Source: Terracidiphilus sp.
GTDB lineage: Bacteria; Acidobacteriota; Terriglobia; Terriglobales; Acidobacteriaceae
Length of the DNA stretch: 64,000 nucleotides
Direction: 5' to 3'
Assembly (NCBI GenBank): GCA_050015115.1
Contig: JBEKCA010000002.1
Coordinates: 4,345 to 68,344 of the forward strand
Both the position numbers and the translations under genes were made by a program. The notes beneath the pieces were generated by a model, which was given only the letters and a program-made list of their open reading frames with translations, was not told the origin of the DNA and did no database searches. Shown here piece by piece: positions 63,560-64,000 of the stretch. Numbering within the stretch: the stretch's first letter is position 1; each line of letters opens with the position of its first letter.

Positions 63560-64000
63560 TCAGACTTCGTGATTTTCGAGGAACTTCTCAGCCTCGAGCG
63601 CGGCCATGCAACCGGTGCCGGCGGCAGTAATCGCCTGGCGATACCGCCGGTCCTGCACATCACCGCATGCATAGATACCCGGCACGGGAACGCCGTTGTG
63701 CGTGACAATCACGTTATCTTTGGTGACGATGTAGCCCTCGCTGTCAAGATCGATCTGACCGCCGAACATTTTTGCATTGGGCTCGTGGCCGATGCCGAGA
63801 AAAAGGCCGTCAACCGGAAGAATGCTCTCCTCGCCGGTCGTCACGTCGCGCAGCCGCAGACCCTTCACTTCTCTTTCCTCGACGCCCAGCACCTCTTCGA
63901 CAATGGTGTTCGGGCGCAGAACGATCTGCGGATGCGCCAGCACGCGGTCGAGCATGATCTTTGAGGCGCGGAAGGCCGAGCGCCGATGCAGCAGCGTGAC
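63560..64000 (-). CDS. trxB: Thioredoxin reductase, C-terminal part (starts beyond the right edge)
   Basis: HRRSAFRASKIM, GLFLGIGH.PN, GIYACGDVQD..YRQAITAAGTGC.AALEAE. Confidence 0.93.
   Translation of the reverse strand, partial: VTLLHRRSAFRASKIMLDRVLAHPQIVLRPNTIVEEVLGVEEREVKGLRLRDVTTGEESILPVDGLFLGIGHEPNAKMFGGQIDLDSEGYIVTKDNVIVTHNGVPVPGIYACGDVQDRRYRQAITAAGTGCMAALEAEKFLENHEV

Overview
A GC-rich bacterial chromosomal segment. Gene content and repeat families suggest Acidobacteriota (Terriglobales/Acidobacteriaceae-like); this is an inference. From left to right: a partial PIG-L/LmbE deacetylase, an APC permease, msrPQ, rnhB and CocE and S46 peptidases. Next is a ~16 kb uronate-polysaccharide utilisation locus (DUF4861-like, kdgK-kduI-kduD, exported cupin, LacI, GH105/88, lyase, membrane-anchored putative sensor, GH2, TonB-dependent receptor), then a second TonB-dependent receptor and a Crp/Fnr regulator. 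These are followed by an MlaE/MlaF/MCE-OmpA cluster with DedA and SYLF proteins, a 7-PAS hybrid kinase with response regulators, gnd, a cyclophilin and a DUF5677-like gene behind dnaK. The right end holds a beta-barrel/cytochrome c pair, a diguanylate cyclase, an EmrB-type MFS pump, carbonic anhydrase, ffh, an ABC-type ATPase plus PD-(D/E)xK-like pair, a peroxiredoxin-like gene, yggU/yggS, a DMT protein and partial trxB. I saw no rRNA, tRNA, CRISPR array or transposase. Non-coding DNA holds three 151-bp MITE-like elements that enclose REP-like hairpins, several other REP-like families and a 9-mer-based inverted repeat. The best candidates for new biology are the ATPase-nuclease pair (putative defence), the MCE-OmpA lipid-trafficking cluster, the MITE/REP hybrid element and the barrel-cytochrome pair. 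Family assignments come from motif recognition, not database searches.
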